Of a DNA stretch of 64,000 bases, positions 1 to 11,930 are shown one piece after another. Source of the stretch: an uncultured Pseudomonadota bacterium (GTDB lineage: Bacteria; Pseudomonadota; Gammaproteobacteria; Burkholderiales; SG8-39); assembly GCA_963739205.1 (NCBI GenBank), contig CAVTZJ010000003.1:385507-449506 (forward strand). Direction: 5' to 3'. Made by a program: the position numbers and the translations under genes. The notes beneath the pieces are model-generated. The model was not told where the DNA came from. It made no database searches and saw only the letters and a program-made list of their open reading frames with translations. Each line of letters starts with the position of its first letter. Position 1 is the stretch's first letter.

Positions 1-871
1 AGGTGCGCTGCTCGTCGTCGACAACGACGAATCCGTCGGACGTCGTACGCACGCCAGCGAGCTCGAGCTCGAGCGTATCCGTGTTGGGCCGCCGCCCCGT
101 GCCCGCCAGCACCCAGTCGACGCGCTCGCGCAGGCCGCCGCGCAGCTGCAGCACCACGCCGTCGCTGTCCGCGTGTACGCGCTCCGGCCGGCTATCCCTG
201 CGCGCACGCATTCCCTGTGCGGCGAGCGCATCGTGCAGCCGCCTTCTCGCGGTGGCGCTGAAACGCGTGCGCGAGAGCGGCTCATGACCCGTCAGCCAAA
301 CCACCTCGAAACCGAGTCGCGGCAAGATGAAGGCCATCTCCGTGCCGACCGTGCCGCTGCCAAGCAGCGCGATGCGCCTTCCTGCGGGCAGCGGCGCTTC
401 GAACAGCTCGTCCGTAGTGAGCACGCGCGGCACCCCGCGCAGCATCTCGGGCAAGTGAGGGCGCGAGCCGGTGGCGAGCACGAAATTGCGCGCTGTGACG
501 ACCTCGTCGTCGAGTGCGACGCGCTCGGGGTCTACGAAGCGCGCGGCGCCCGCGAAGCGCTCCACACCGAGGCGGGCGAGGTAGTCGAGGTAGCTCGCGC
601 GCACGGTTTCGACCACGACGCGCTGGTGACGCCAGGCTGCCTCGGGGTCCGGCTCGAGCGTCGCACGCAAGCCACGCGCCGCGAAGCCTTCGGCCGCTTG
701 CGCGATGCGCGCGGTGTGATACCAGTCCCTTTTCGGCACGCAGCCGCGGTTCAGGCAGGCACCGCCCCAGCTGTCCTTCTCGGCGATCGCGACCGACAGT
801 CCCCGCTGCGCGGCCAGCACCGCGGCGCGGTAGCCGCCGGGGCCTGAGCCGATGACCAGCAGGTCGAACAT
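1..871 (-). CDS. class-I pyridine nucleotide-disulfide oxidoreductase (dihydrolipoamide dehydrogenase / glutathione reductase-like); 3' end outside window
   Basis: Absent from the ORF track because it is truncated by the window edge. My reverse translation from the ATG at 871-869 gives MFDLLVIGSGPGGY...GGACLNRGCVPKR, with an FAD GxGxxG motif and a CxxxxC redox disulfide. A second dinucleotide motif, GSGTVGTE, follows. Confidence 0.75.
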   Translation of the reverse strand, partial: MFDLLVIGSGPGGYRAAVLAAQRGLSVAIAEKDSWGGACLNRGCVPKRDWYHTARIAQAAEGFAARGLRATLEPDPEAAWRHQRVVVETVRASYLDYLARLGVERFAGAARFVDPERVALDDEVVTARNFVLATGSRPHLPEMLRGVPRVLTTDELFEAPLPAGRRIALLGSGTVGTEMAFILPRLGFEVVWLTGHEPLSRTRFSATARRRLHDALAAQGMRARRDSRPERVHADSDGVVLQLRGGLRERVDWVLAGTGRRPNTDTLELELAGVRTTSDGFVVVDDEQRT

Positions 872-919
872 GGGCTGCGAAGTGCGCGTCCTCGCCCGCC
901 CTAGGAGCGCGGGCCTCGG

Positions 920-1555
920 CTAGCGCAGGCCTGCGACGTACTGCGCGAGGCCCTTGATCTCCTCGTCGGTCAGGCGCGCAGCGACTCCCCGCATCATGCC
1001 GTTGGGGTCATTGGCGCGTGTTCCCGCGCGGAACGCCTTGAGCTGAGCGTCGACGTAGTCGGTGTACTGGCCGGCGATGCGGGGGTACTGTATGGGATTT
1101 CCGGCGCCCGTCGGCCCATGACAGCCCGCGCAGGCCGGCACGCCGCTCTGCAGATTTCCGCCCCGGTAGAGCGTCTGCCCGCGCGACGCGAGGTCCTTGT
1201 CATGCACCCAATCGGGGCGCAACGTCTGGCTCGCGAAGTAGGCCGCCACGGAGTGCATGTCGGCATCCGATAGGTTGGCGACCATACCGTTCATGATCGC
1301 GTTCTCGCGCAGCGCCTTTTTGCCGTCCTGTGATTTGAAATTACTCAGCTGCTTGTACAGGTATTCCGGGAACTGCCCCGCGAGCTTCGGGTTGACGGGC
1401 GCAACACTGTTGCCGTCGGGTCCGTGGCACGCCGCGCATACCTGCGTGGCGATCTGCTGGCCCTTGGCGAGATCGGCCTTTGCGCCGTCCTGGGCGAACG
1501 CCGCGCCCGCAGAAAGCACGGCCACGCCAACGCTCGCCGCCAGTACTCGAATCAT
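920..1555 (-). CDS. dihaem cytochrome c4
   Basis: ORF 920..1591 trimmed to the internal Met (MIRVLAASVGVAVLSAGAAFAQDG signal peptide) preceded by GGGAG. Two CxxCH motifs (CAACHG, CAGCHG) in about 210 aa. Confidence 0.85.
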   Translation of the reverse strand: MIRVLAASVGVAVLSAGAAFAQDGAKADLAKGQQIATQVCAACHGPDGNSVAPVNPKLAGQFPEYLYKQLSNFKSQDGKKALRENAIMNGMVANLSDADMHSVAAYFASQTLRPDWVHDKDLASRGQTLYRGGNLQSGVPACAGCHGPTGAGNPIQYPRIAGQYTDYVDAQLKAFRAGTRANDPNGMMRGVAARLTDEEIKGLAQYVAGLR

Positions 1556-1624
1556 TCGGCTACTCCCTCGGTTCCCGGTCAAAGCGGGCAATTTTATTAC
1601 AATTCCCGACTCTTACGCCTGCAT

Positions 1625-2230
1625 ATGAGCGCGTTTTCACAGGCCACGTTCGCCGCATCCGTGGGTAACCCCGACCAGCTCCCGCCGGAGGGTCCGCCCG
1701 AGGTCGTCTTCGCCGGCCGATCCAACGTTGGCAAGTCCAGCGCGATCAACGCGCTTGCGGGACGTCGGCGACTGGCCTTTGTCAGCAAGACCCCAGGCCG
1801 CACGCAGACGATCAATTTCTACGACCTGGGCGCGGTCGGGCGGCTGGTCGACCTGCCCGGTTACGGCTATGCGCGCGTGCCCGAGGCCGTGCGCACGCAG
1901 TGGGACGCGTTGGTCGGCGGTTACTTGAGCAAGCGCGCGTCGCTCGCGGCGGCAGTGGTCGTCATGGACGCGCGCCATCCTTTCACTCCCCAGGATGTCG
2001 CTTTGCTGAAATGGCTCGCACCGCTCGGCCTAAGGCTGCTCGTGTTGCTGTCCAAGTGCGACAAGCTCTCACGGGCCGCGCGCATCGCCGCGCTACGTTC
2101 GGGGCAGCACCAGCTCGCGGCCTGCGCGCCCGAAGGCGAGCTGCGCCTCCTGTCCAGCCTTACCCGCGAAGGCGTCGCCGAAGTACGCGCCCTGCTCGAG
2201 GGCTGGCTGCGCGACGCCTGCCGCGCGGCC

Positions 2231-2239
<9 letters not shown>
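1625..2239 (+). CDS. engB: ribosome-biogenesis GTPase EngB/YihA
   Basis: ORF 1424..2239 trimmed to ATG 1625 (MSAFSQ). P-loop GRSNVGKSS and DLPGYGY motifs. Divergent from cytochrome c4, a common proteobacterial arrangement. Confidence 0.85.
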
Positions 2240-4290
<2,051 letters not shown>

Positions 4291-4291
4291 C

Positions 4292-6115
4292 TCAGGGCGC
4301 CGCCGCGAGGTCCAGCGTCTTGAGGAAGCGTTCGGCGCCCTGGTAGCCGATTACGCGCAGGCCCCGGATCTCGCGGCCCTGCGCATCGAAGAATATGATC
4401 CCGGGCGGACCGAACAGCGAAAAGCGCTTGAGCAACAGCTTGTCCGCCTCGGAGTTCGCCGTGACATCGGCGCGCAGCAGCAGCATGCCGTCCATGCGCG
4501 CACGTACGCGCGAGTCGCGGAAGGTGAAGTTCTCCATCTCCTTGCACGACACGCACCAGTCCGCGTAGAAGTCGAGCATCGCGGGACGACCGGGAGCACG
4601 CAGCGCGCCGTCGAGCTCGCTTAGCGAGCCCACCGGCACCCACCTGAGCGGCGCGGCGGCCGGCGCGCCACCCGCAGCGATGCCGGCCAGCGGACGCAGC
4701 GGGTTGCGGTTGCCGGCGAGCACGCCGACGAGTAACGCGAGACCGGCCACCAGCGCGATCACGCCCAGGCCCTTCCACAGCCGCGCGTAGCCCGACGCAT
4801 CCGCGGGCAGCGGATCGATTGCGCGCAGGAACATCGCCGAGCCGACGAGAAGCGCCGCCCACAGCAGCATCTGTGCCGCGGGCGGGATCACCGGCGAGAC
4901 GATCCAGACGGCGACCGCGAGCAGCAGCACGCCGAAAAACTTCTTGACGCCGTTCATCCATGCGCCGGCTCTGGGCAGGAGCGCGCCTTCGGACACGCCG
5001 ACGGCGATGAGCGGCACGCCCATGCCGAGCGCCATGGCAAAGAGAGCCGTTCCGCCGAGCACCACGTCGCGCGTCTGCGAGATGTAAAGCAGCGCGCCAG
5101 CGAGCGGTGCCGCCACGCAGGGGCTGACGATCAGTGCGGAGAGAACTCCCATTGCCGCGACGGAGGCGATGCGCCCGCCGCGCAGACCCTGGTGCGCGCG
5201 CGACACGTGATGCTGCAGAACGTGCGGCAGTTGCAGATCGTGAAAGCCGAACATCGACAGGGCGAGCCATACGAACACCAGCGCGAAGGCGCCCAGCACC
5301 CAGGGACTCTGCAGCGCCGCGGCGAGCATCGAGCCCGAGTACGCGGCCGCCACGCCCGCGGCCGCGTAAGTCACGGCCATGCCGAGCACGTACGACACGG
5401 AGAGCGCGAGCGCACGTGGCTTGTTAAGGCTCTTGCCTTCGCCCGCGATGATGCCGGAAAGAATCGGCACCATCGGCAGCACGCAGGGCGTGAACGTGAG
5501 CAGCAGGCCGAAGCCGAGGAAACTGGCGATGACCAGCCACAGGCTTCCCTCGAACAGGGCGGCGATGTCGCGGTCGCTTGCGAACAGGGAAAAGCGCGGC
5601 GCCGGCGCGACCGCACGCGCGCCTTGCGAGAGCGCCGGCTTGCCCGCGTCCGCCGCGCCGCCGCCGAGCGCGGCGAGCTGGATCGTCGCCTTGGAGTCCA
5701 TCGGCACGTAGCACACGCCGATATCGGCACAGCCCTGCGACCGGACGCTCAGCTGGAGTGTGCGCGCCGTACCCGCCTGCACCGGGATGCGGATGTCCAC
5801 CTGCCTGCGGTAGGTCTCCACCTCGCCGAAAAACTCGTCTTTCTTGCGGATCGCCGGCGGGAACTCCGGCGTGCCGAGCGTGACGCCTGGTGGTGCGTCT
5901 ACCTTGAAGTTGAACTTGTCGCGATACAGATAGTAGCCGTCGGCGATCGCGAAGCTCACCTCGATCGCCTGCGCGTCGAGCGCGCGCGCCGAGAACTGGA
6001 ACGCCCTTTCTGGCTCGAGCAGATCGTCGGACGAGGGGCCGAGCTTGAGCTGCGCGACCGCGGGCGCGGCCACGAGGCAAAAGACGAGCGGGAACAGGCG
6101 GATCCAGGCTTTCAT
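4292..6115 (-). CDS. dsbD: thiol:disulfide interchange protein DsbD
   Basis: ORF 4292..6343 trimmed to MKAWIRLFPLVFCLVAAPAVAQ (signal peptide). Its ATG overlaps the cutA stop (ATGA). TM-domain Cys motifs FTPCVLPM and SPCVAAP are present, with a C-terminal thioredoxin WCVSCK. Confidence 0.9.
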   Translation of the reverse strand: MKAWIRLFPLVFCLVAAPAVAQLKLGPSSDDLLEPERAFQFSARALDAQAIEVSFAIADGYYLYRDKFNFKVDAPPGVTLGTPEFPPAIRKKDEFFGEVETYRRQVDIRIPVQAGTARTLQLSVRSQGCADIGVCYVPMDSKATIQLAALGGGAADAGKPALSQGARAVAPAPRFSLFASDRDIAALFEGSLWLVIASFLGFGLLLTFTPCVLPMVPILSGIIAGEGKSLNKPRALALSVSYVLGMAVTYAAAGVAAAYSGSMLAAALQSPWVLGAFALVFVWLALSMFGFHDLQLPHVLQHHVSRAHQGLRGGRIASVAAMGVLSALIVSPCVAAPLAGALLYISQTRDVVLGGTALFAMALGMGVPLIAVGVSEGALLPRAGAWMNGVKKFFGVLLLAVAVWIVSPVIPPAAQMLLWAALLVGSAMFLRAIDPLPADASGYARLWKGLGVIALVAGLALLVGVLAGNRNPLRPLAGIAAGGAPAAAPLRWVPVGSLSELDGALRAPGRPAMLDFYADWCVSCKEMENFTFRDSRVRARMDGMLLLRADVTANSEADKLLLKRFSLFGPPGIIFFDAQGREIRGLRVIGYQGAERFLKTLDLAAAP

Positions 6116-6432
6116 GCGGGGCGCGTCTCGCTTTCCACCCAATCGAGGTACGCGGCCAGCCCGCGCTCGATTGGGACCGCGACGACTTCCGGAAGTTCGT
6201 AAGGGTGGGCCGCGCGGATCGCCTGTTCGAGCGCGCCGTAGCGCTCGGCCGTGGTCTTGATGAGCAGCGGATGCTCCTCCGCGCGCTCGAGCGCGCCCTG
6301 CCAGCGGTACACCGAGCGGCACGGCGCCAGGATGTTCACGCACGCGGCGACACGCTCGGCGATCAGGTGCTCGGCGAGCCTCTCCGCGGCCGCCCGGTCC
6401 GGCAGATTGGTCAGCACGAGCAGCGCGCTCAT
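6112..6432 (-). CDS. cutA: divalent-cation tolerance protein CutA
   Basis: 106 aa, MSALLVLTNLPD...AACVNILAPCRSVYRWQG...HPYELPEV, the CutA1 family signature. The cutA-dsbD pairing matches E. coli. Confidence 0.9.
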   Translation of the reverse strand: MSALLVLTNLPDRAAAERLAEHLIAERVAACVNILAPCRSVYRWQGALERAEEHPLLIKTTAERYGALEQAIRAAHPYELPEVVAVPIERGLAAYLDWVESETRPA

Positions 6433-7259
6433 GCGGCTTGCGTGGCGGCGCGCAGGCCGTCGTATACCGTTGGATAGCGCAATCGCACGCCGAGCAGTTC
6501 CTTCATCTTGCGGTTGTCCAGACGCCGCGACTCGCTCATGAACGAGAGCAGCGCAGCCGGAATTCTACCCGCGGCATCGCGCCGCGCGACGCGTGGCGGA
6601 CGCGGCAACCCGAAACGATCGGCGACGAGATCGAGCCATTGCCCCATCTTCAGCCGACTGTCGTCCGAAGCGTTGTACGCGCCCGGCGGTGCATCGCAGC
6701 ACAGGGCGCGCAGCGCGATTGCCGCGAGGTCGTCGGCGTGCACGTGGTTGGTGTAGACGTCGTCCTCGTCGCGCAGCACCGGCGTGCCTGCGCGCAGGCG
6801 CTCGATCGGCAGGCGGTCCGCTGCGTAGATTCCCGGCACGCGCAGCACGATGAGCGCGACCCCGCGCGCGGCGCACCATGCGCCGAGCAGCGCTTCGGCC
6901 GCGGCGCGGCGCCGCGCCCGGTCCGACTGCGGCGCAGGCGCGCGCGTCTCGTCCACCAGTGCGCCGCCGCAGTCGCCATACACGCCGCTGGTGCTGATAT
7001 ACACCAGGCGCGCTGGTAGAATGCCGCGCTCCAGGATCGTGACAAGGTGCGCCGTTCGTGGGTCGTAATCGCCGGTGTTCGGAGGCGGCGCACAGTGCAG
7101 CACGGCGTCGGCCCAGTCGGCGAGACCTGCGAGCGTTTCCGGCCGGTCGAGGTCGTATCCCTCGCTGCGTGACGCGCGGCGCAGCGCCACTCCGGGCGGA
7201 AGCAGCGGCAGCAGACGGCGCGCCACGTCTCCGAAACCGACGATCAGCAAGCGCTTCAT
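6429..7259 (-). CDS. NAD(P)-binding SDR/epimerase-like protein
   Basis: ORF 6429..7358 trimmed to MKRLLIVGFGDVARRL (Rossmann N-terminus). Its stop overlaps the cutA start. Specific function not recognisable. Confidence 0.6.
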   Translation of the reverse strand: MKRLLIVGFGDVARRLLPLLPPGVALRRASRSEGYDLDRPETLAGLADWADAVLHCAPPPNTGDYDPRTAHLVTILERGILPARLVYISTSGVYGDCGGALVDETRAPAPQSDRARRRAAAEALLGAWCAARGVALIVLRVPGIYAADRLPIERLRAGTPVLRDEDDVYTNHVHADDLAAIALRALCCDAPPGAYNASDDSRLKMGQWLDLVADRFGLPRPPRVARRDAAGRIPAALLSFMSESRRLDNRKMKELLGVRLRYPTVYDGLRAATQAA

Positions 7260-7284
7260 GCAGCCATTGTAGCCAGCCTTCACA

Positions 7285-8331
7285 GTGAGCAATTTCAAGG
7301 TCACCCTGCAGCCGAGCGGGCACCAGTTCGAGGTCGAGGAGGGCGAGTCCATCCTCACGGCCGCCTTGCGCCACGGCTTCGTGCTGCCCTATGGCTGCCG
7401 TAACGGCGCCTGCGGAAGCTGCAAGGGCAAGATCCTTTCAGGCAGCGTCGACTACGGCACCTATCAGCTGAAAGCCCTGCCGGAGATGGAGAAAAAGGAT
7501 GGCAAGGCGCTCTTTTGCCAGGCCAGGCCTTTGAGCGACGTCGTACTCGAGGCGCGCACGGTCGGCGCTGTGAAAGACATCCCCATCAAGACGCTGCCCT
7601 GCCGCGTACAGAAGATCGAGCGCCTCGCCGATGACGTGATGGTGCTTTTCCTCAAGCTGCCCGCAAACGAGCGGCTGCTCTTCCTCGCGGGGCAGTACAT
7701 CGAGTTTCTTCTGCGTGACGGGTCGCGCCGCAGCTTTTCGCTGGCCAACGCGCCGCACGACGACGAGCTCATCCAGCTGCACGTGCGGCACGTCCCGGGA
7801 GGACAGTTCACCGATCACGTTTTCGGCAAGATGAAGGAGCGCGACATCCTGCGCTTCGAGGGACCGCACGGTACCTTCTTCCTGCGCGAGGAATCCGCCA
7901 AGCCGATCGTGTTCGTCGCCTCGGGCACGGGCTTCGCGCCGATCAAGTCGGTGATCGAGCACGCCTTCTACGAGGGCATCGAGCGGCCGATGACGCTCTA
8001 CTGGGGCGGGCGCCGGCCCAAGGACCTGTACATGAGCGCGCTGCCCGAGAAGTGGTCCGCCGAACACGCCAACTTCAGGTACATTCCGGTGATCTCGGAT
8101 GCGCTGCCAGAGGATGCGTGGCGGGGGCGAACCGGATTCGTGCATCGCGCCGTGATGCAGGACTTGCCCGACCTCTCCGGCCACCAGGTGTACGCCTGCG
8201 GCGTTCCGGTGATGGTCGACTCGGCCCGGCGCGACTTCGTCCAGCAGTGCGGCCTGCCCGAGGAGGAGTTCTTCGCGGACTCGTTCACCACCCAGGCGGA
8301 CCTGGCTCAGCCGGCGCCTTCGCCCAAGTAG
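7285..8331 (+). CDS. 2Fe-2S ferredoxin::FNR-like NAD(P)H oxidoreductase (CDP-6-deoxy-delta-3,4-glucoseen reductase-like architecture)
   Basis: GTG start. N-terminal plant-type ferredoxin Cys cluster CRNGACGSCKGK, then an FAD/NAD module (RSFSLAN, GTGFAPIKS). Confidence 0.75.
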   Translation: MSNFKVTLQPSGHQFEVEEGESILTAALRHGFVLPYGCRNGACGSCKGKILSGSVDYGTYQLKALPEMEKKDGKALFCQARPLSDVVLEARTVGAVKDIPIKTLPCRVQKIERLADDVMVLFLKLPANERLLFLAGQYIEFLLRDGSRRSFSLANAPHDDELIQLHVRHVPGGQFTDHVFGKMKERDILRFEGPHGTFFLREESAKPIVFVASGTGFAPIKSVIEHAFYEGIERPMTLYWGGRRPKDLYMSALPEKWSAEHANFRYIPVISDALPEDAWRGRTGFVHRAVMQDLPDLSGHQVYACGVPVMVDSARRDFVQQCGLPEEEFFADSFTTQADLAQPAPSPK

Positions 8332-9023
8332 GCCTCGCGCACGCGCGCATCCGCGAGCAGGCTGCGCGCATCGGCTGCGAGCGTGATCGCGCCCGATTCC
8401 ATCACATAGCCTCGGCTAGAGATCTCGAGCGCCAGCCTGGCGTTCTGCTCGACGAGCAGCACGGTGACGCCCTGGCGCGCGATTTCGCGCACCACCTCGA
8501 GGATCTTGGCGACCAGCAGCGGTGCGAGCCCCATCGAGGGCTCGTCGAGCAGCAGCAGCCGCGGCCGGCTCATCAGCGCGCGGGCGATGGCGAGCATCTG
8601 CTGCTCGCCGCCCGAAAGCGTTCCCGCGGTCTGGCTGCGCCGCTCGAGCAGCCGCGGGAACAGGCCGTGCATGCGCTCGAGGTCCTCCGCAACCGCCGTG
8701 TCGCGGCGCGTGTAGGCGCCCATGGCGAGGTTCTCTGCGACGGTGAGCTGAGGAAAGATGCCGCGGCCCTCGGGCACGAGCGCGAGCCCGCGGCGCGGCA
8801 GCTCGTGCACCGGCAGTCCGGAGAGCTCCTCGCCGGCATAGCGCACGCTCCCGAGGCGGGTCGGCACCAGCCCGCAAATCGCTTTCAGGGTGGAGGACTT
8901 GCCGGCGCCATTCGCGCCGATCAGGCAAACCAGCTCGCCTTCGTTCACGTCGAAGTCGATGCCCTTTACGGCGCGGATCCCGCCGTAGCGCACTTCGAGG
9001 GCCGCGACCTCGAGCAGGCTCAT
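8307..9023 (-). CDS. livF: branched-chain amino acid ABC transporter ATP-binding protein LivF
   Basis: ORF 8307..9137 trimmed to MSLLEVAALEVRYGG. The ATG overlaps the livG stop. Walker A GANGAGKSS and signature LSGGEQQ. Confidence 0.9.
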   Translation of the reverse strand: MSLLEVAALEVRYGGIRAVKGIDFDVNEGELVCLIGANGAGKSSTLKAICGLVPTRLGSVRYAGEELSGLPVHELPRRGLALVPEGRGIFPQLTVAENLAMGAYTRRDTAVAEDLERMHGLFPRLLERRSQTAGTLSGGEQQMLAIARALMSRPRLLLLDEPSMGLAPLLVAKILEVVREIARQGVTVLLVEQNARLALEISSRGYVMESGAITLAADARSLLADARVREAYLGEGAG

Positions 9024-9790
9024 GGCGTCGCAGGCGCACCGAGATAGGCCTCGATGACCTTGGGGTCCCGCTGCACCTCGGCCGGGACGCCTTCGGCGAT
9101 GCGCTCGCCGTAATCGAGCACCAGCACGCGATCGCACACCTTCATCACAAGGCGCATGTCGTGCTCGATGAGCAGCACCGTAAGCCCGCCGTCGCGGATG
9201 CGCTCGATCAGTCGGCCGAGCGCGAGCCGCTCCGACGGGTTCATCCCGGCGGCGGGCTCGTCGAGCGCCAGCAGCTTGGGGTCGGTCGCGAGCGCGCGCG
9301 CGATCTCGAGCCGGCGCTGATCGCCGTACGGCAGGCTGCCGGCCTGATCGTTGGCGCGCCCGCGGATTCCGACATAATCGAGCAGCTCGAGCGCGCGCCG
9401 CTCGATGGCGCGCTCCTCGGCCAGCGTACCGGAATCGCGCAGGATTGCGCCGAGCACCCCGGCGCGCGTGCGCACGTGGCGGCCGATCATCACGTTCTCG
9501 AGCGCCGACAGATTGCCGAACAGGCGAATGTTCTGAAAGGTGCGCGCGATGCCGCGCGCGGCCACCTGGTGCGCTTTCAGCCCTGCGAGGGGCGTGCCGT
9601 CGAACGACACCGAACCCGCATCGGGCGCGTAGATGCCGGTGAGCACGTTGAAGAACGTGGTCTTGCCCGCGCCGTTCGGGCCGATCAGGCCGTAGATTTC
9701 GCCGCGGCTAATGGAGAACGAAATCTCCGACAGCGCCTGCACGCCGCCGAAGCGCTTGCCCACGTTGCTCGCAACCAGCTGCTCGCTCAC
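9020..9790 (-). CDS. livG: branched-chain amino acid ABC transporter ATP-binding protein LivG
   Basis: C-terminal 256 aa of ORF 9020..10864. The GTG at 9790 overlaps the livM stop (GTGA). VSEQLVASNVGKRFGG, Walker A GPNGAGKTT, signature LPYGDQRRLE. Confidence 0.85.
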   Translation of the reverse strand: MSEQLVASNVGKRFGGVQALSEISFSISRGEIYGLIGPNGAGKTTFFNVLTGIYAPDAGSVSFDGTPLAGLKAHQVAARGIARTFQNIRLFGNLSALENVMIGRHVRTRAGVLGAILRDSGTLAEERAIERRALELLDYVGIRGRANDQAGSLPYGDQRRLEIARALATDPKLLALDEPAAGMNPSERLALGRLIERIRDGGLTVLLIEHDMRLVMKVCDRVLVLDYGERIAEGVPAEVQRDPKVIEAYLGAPATP

Positions 9791-10854
9791 GTGCGTTCCG
9801 TCAGCTCGCGCTTGCGCACCGCCGAGGGCAGCAGGCCGGCGGGGCGGAACAGCATCACCAACACCATCGCAAAGCCGAACAGCAACATGCGGATCACCTC
9901 GGGCTCGATGAGCATGCGACCGAACAGCGCCTGCTGCACCGGCGCCACCGAGAAGCGCAGGATTTCCGGCACGAACGAGAGCAGCACCGCACCCAGCACC
10001 ACGCCCCAGACGTTGCCCATGCCGCCCAGCACGACCATCGATACCACCAGGATCGACTCGACGAGGACGAAGCTCTCTGGCGAGATGAACTCCTGGATCG
10101 CCGCGAACACGCCGCCGGCAAGCCCGCCGAACGTCGCGCCCATCGCGTAGGCGAGCAGCTTGAGATTCGTGGTGTTGATGCCCATCGCTCGCGCCGCGAT
10201 TTCGTCCTCGCGGATGGCCTCCCAGGCACGGCCGATGCGCGAGTCCTGCAGCCTCAGGTTGAGCCCGATGATCACCGCGACGAACACGATGAGCAGGTAG
10301 TAGTACTTGATCGGCCCGGAGAATTCCAGGCCGAGGATTCTCTGGTTGGTGGCAAAGTTCAGGCCGTCGATGCGGAACGGGTCGATGCGGTACACGCCCT
10401 GCGGACCGTTGGTTATATTCACCGGCTGCGCGAGGTTGTTGAGGAATATCCGGACGATCTCGCCGAAGCCGAGCGTCACGATGGCGAGATAGTCGCCGCG
10501 CAACTTGAGGGTAGGGGCACCGAGCAGGACGCCGAACAGCGCCGCGATCGCTGCACCGATCGGCAGGATGACCCAGAACGGCAGATGCAACCCGAACTGC
10601 GGGCTCGCGAGCAGCGCGTAGGTGTAGGCGCCGACGCCGTAGAAAGCGATGTAGCCGAGATCGAGCAGCCCGGCGAAGCCGACCACGATGTTCAGGCCGA
10701 GCGCAAGCATCACGTAGAGCAGCGCGAGATTGGTGACCCGCACCCAGGCGGTGCCGATCTGCGTCACGGCGAACGGCAAGACGAAGAGGGCGGCAGCGAC
10801 GAGCGCCAATCCACCCCAGAACAGTGCCCGGTTGCGATACGCTGCCGTCCTCAT
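9787..10854 (-). CDS. livM: branched-chain amino acid ABC transporter permease LivM
   Basis: 355 aa, polytopic, with the LGLNIVVGFAGLLDLGYIAFYGVGAY motif typical of LivM. Confidence 0.9.
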   Translation of the reverse strand: MRTAAYRNRALFWGGLALVAAALFVLPFAVTQIGTAWVRVTNLALLYVMLALGLNIVVGFAGLLDLGYIAFYGVGAYTYALLASPQFGLHLPFWVILPIGAAIAALFGVLLGAPTLKLRGDYLAIVTLGFGEIVRIFLNNLAQPVNITNGPQGVYRIDPFRIDGLNFATNQRILGLEFSGPIKYYYLLIVFVAVIIGLNLRLQDSRIGRAWEAIREDEIAARAMGINTTNLKLLAYAMGATFGGLAGGVFAAIQEFISPESFVLVESILVVSMVVLGGMGNVWGVVLGAVLLSFVPEILRFSVAPVQQALFGRMLIEPEVIRMLLFGFAMVLVMLFRPAGLLPSAVRKRELTERT

Positions 10855-11837
10855 GCCCGGTCACCCACGCGCTCGCCGAGCAGCCCGGAAGGCCGCAATA
10901 CGAGCACCAGGATCAGCACCGCGAAGGCGAACACGTCCTGGTAATTTGAGCCGAACAGCACGAAGTGCCCGCCGCTCGCGCAGCGTGCTCCGATCCAGCC
11001 GGAGATCACGGGATAGCTGCAAAGGTCGGTGAGGTAGCCGATGTATCCCGCGCCGAGCGCCTCGACAACGCCGAGCAGCACACCGCCCAGCATCGCGCCG
11101 GGAATGTTTCCGATGCCGCCGAGCACTGCGGCGGAAAAGGCCTTCAGGCCGAGAATCGAGCCCATGGTGTACTGCGCCACTCCGTAATAGGTGCCGACCA
11201 TGACCCCGGCGATCGCGGCGAGTGCGGCACCGATGATGAAGGTCGTCGCGATGACGCGGTTCGCATCAATGCCCATCAAGCCTGCGACCTGGGGATTCTG
11301 CGCCGTAGCGCGCATTGCGGTACCCAGGCGCGTCCGGTAGACGAGCCAGGCCAGCGCGGCCATGAGCGCCACGCAAGAAAGGAGGATCGCGATCTGCACA
11401 TTGGTGATCACCGCGCCCGCGACCGTATAGATCCGCATGTCGATGATCTGGGGGAACGCGAGCACATTGCGGCTCCACACCAGCATGGCCAGATGCTGCA
11501 GGATGATCGACACGCCGATCGCGGTGATCAGGGGCGCAAGGCGCGGAGCGCGGCGCAGCGGCCGGTAAGCCAGACGCTCCATTGCGTAGGCAACGACCAT
11601 GCACACCGGAATGGCGCAGGCCGCGCCCGTCAGCACGACGACGATCGGCGGCAGGCCCGCATCCGCAAGCAGGTTGATCACGCTCAGGGCCACCATCGCT
11701 CCGATCATGACCACTTCGCCGTGCGCGAAGTTGATGAGCTGGATGATCCCGTAGACCATCGTGTAGCCGAGCGCGACGACGGCGTACACGGCACCCAGCG
11801 TCAGGCCGTTGACAACCTGCTGCAGGAAGATGTCCAT
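10851..11837 (-). CDS. livH: branched-chain amino acid ABC transporter permease LivH
   Basis: 328 aa, MDIFLQQVVNGLTLGAVYAVVALGYTMVYGIIQLINFAHGE (LivH N-terminus). Its stop overlaps the livM start. Confidence 0.9.
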   Translation of the reverse strand: MDIFLQQVVNGLTLGAVYAVVALGYTMVYGIIQLINFAHGEVVMIGAMVALSVINLLADAGLPPIVVVLTGAACAIPVCMVVAYAMERLAYRPLRRAPRLAPLITAIGVSIILQHLAMLVWSRNVLAFPQIIDMRIYTVAGAVITNVQIAILLSCVALMAALAWLVYRTRLGTAMRATAQNPQVAGLMGIDANRVIATTFIIGAALAAIAGVMVGTYYGVAQYTMGSILGLKAFSAAVLGGIGNIPGAMLGGVLLGVVEALGAGYIGYLTDLCSYPVISGWIGARCASGGHFVLFGSNYQDVFAFAVLILVLVLRPSGLLGERVGDRA

Positions 11838-11871
11838 TGCGGCCGAAGCCTAGCAAACGCCGCGACCGGCG

Positions 11872-11903
11872 CCAAAAATGCAAACGGCACCCGAAGGTGC
11901 CGT
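11872..11903 (-). terminator. intra-operon rho-independent terminator/attenuator after the binding-protein gene
   Basis: 8-bp stem ACGGCACC-cgaa-GGTGCCGT, followed on the minus strand by TTTGCATTTTTGG. It lies between livK and livH. Confidence 0.55.
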
Positions 11904-11930
11904 CAGCGTCTTCGCAAGGCGCGCAGCGGA

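Noticed and set aside
9020-10864. 614-aa ORF covering livG and livM
   Set aside because: The N-terminal part is an out-of-frame read of livM. LivG begins at the GTG at 9790, which overlaps the livM stop.
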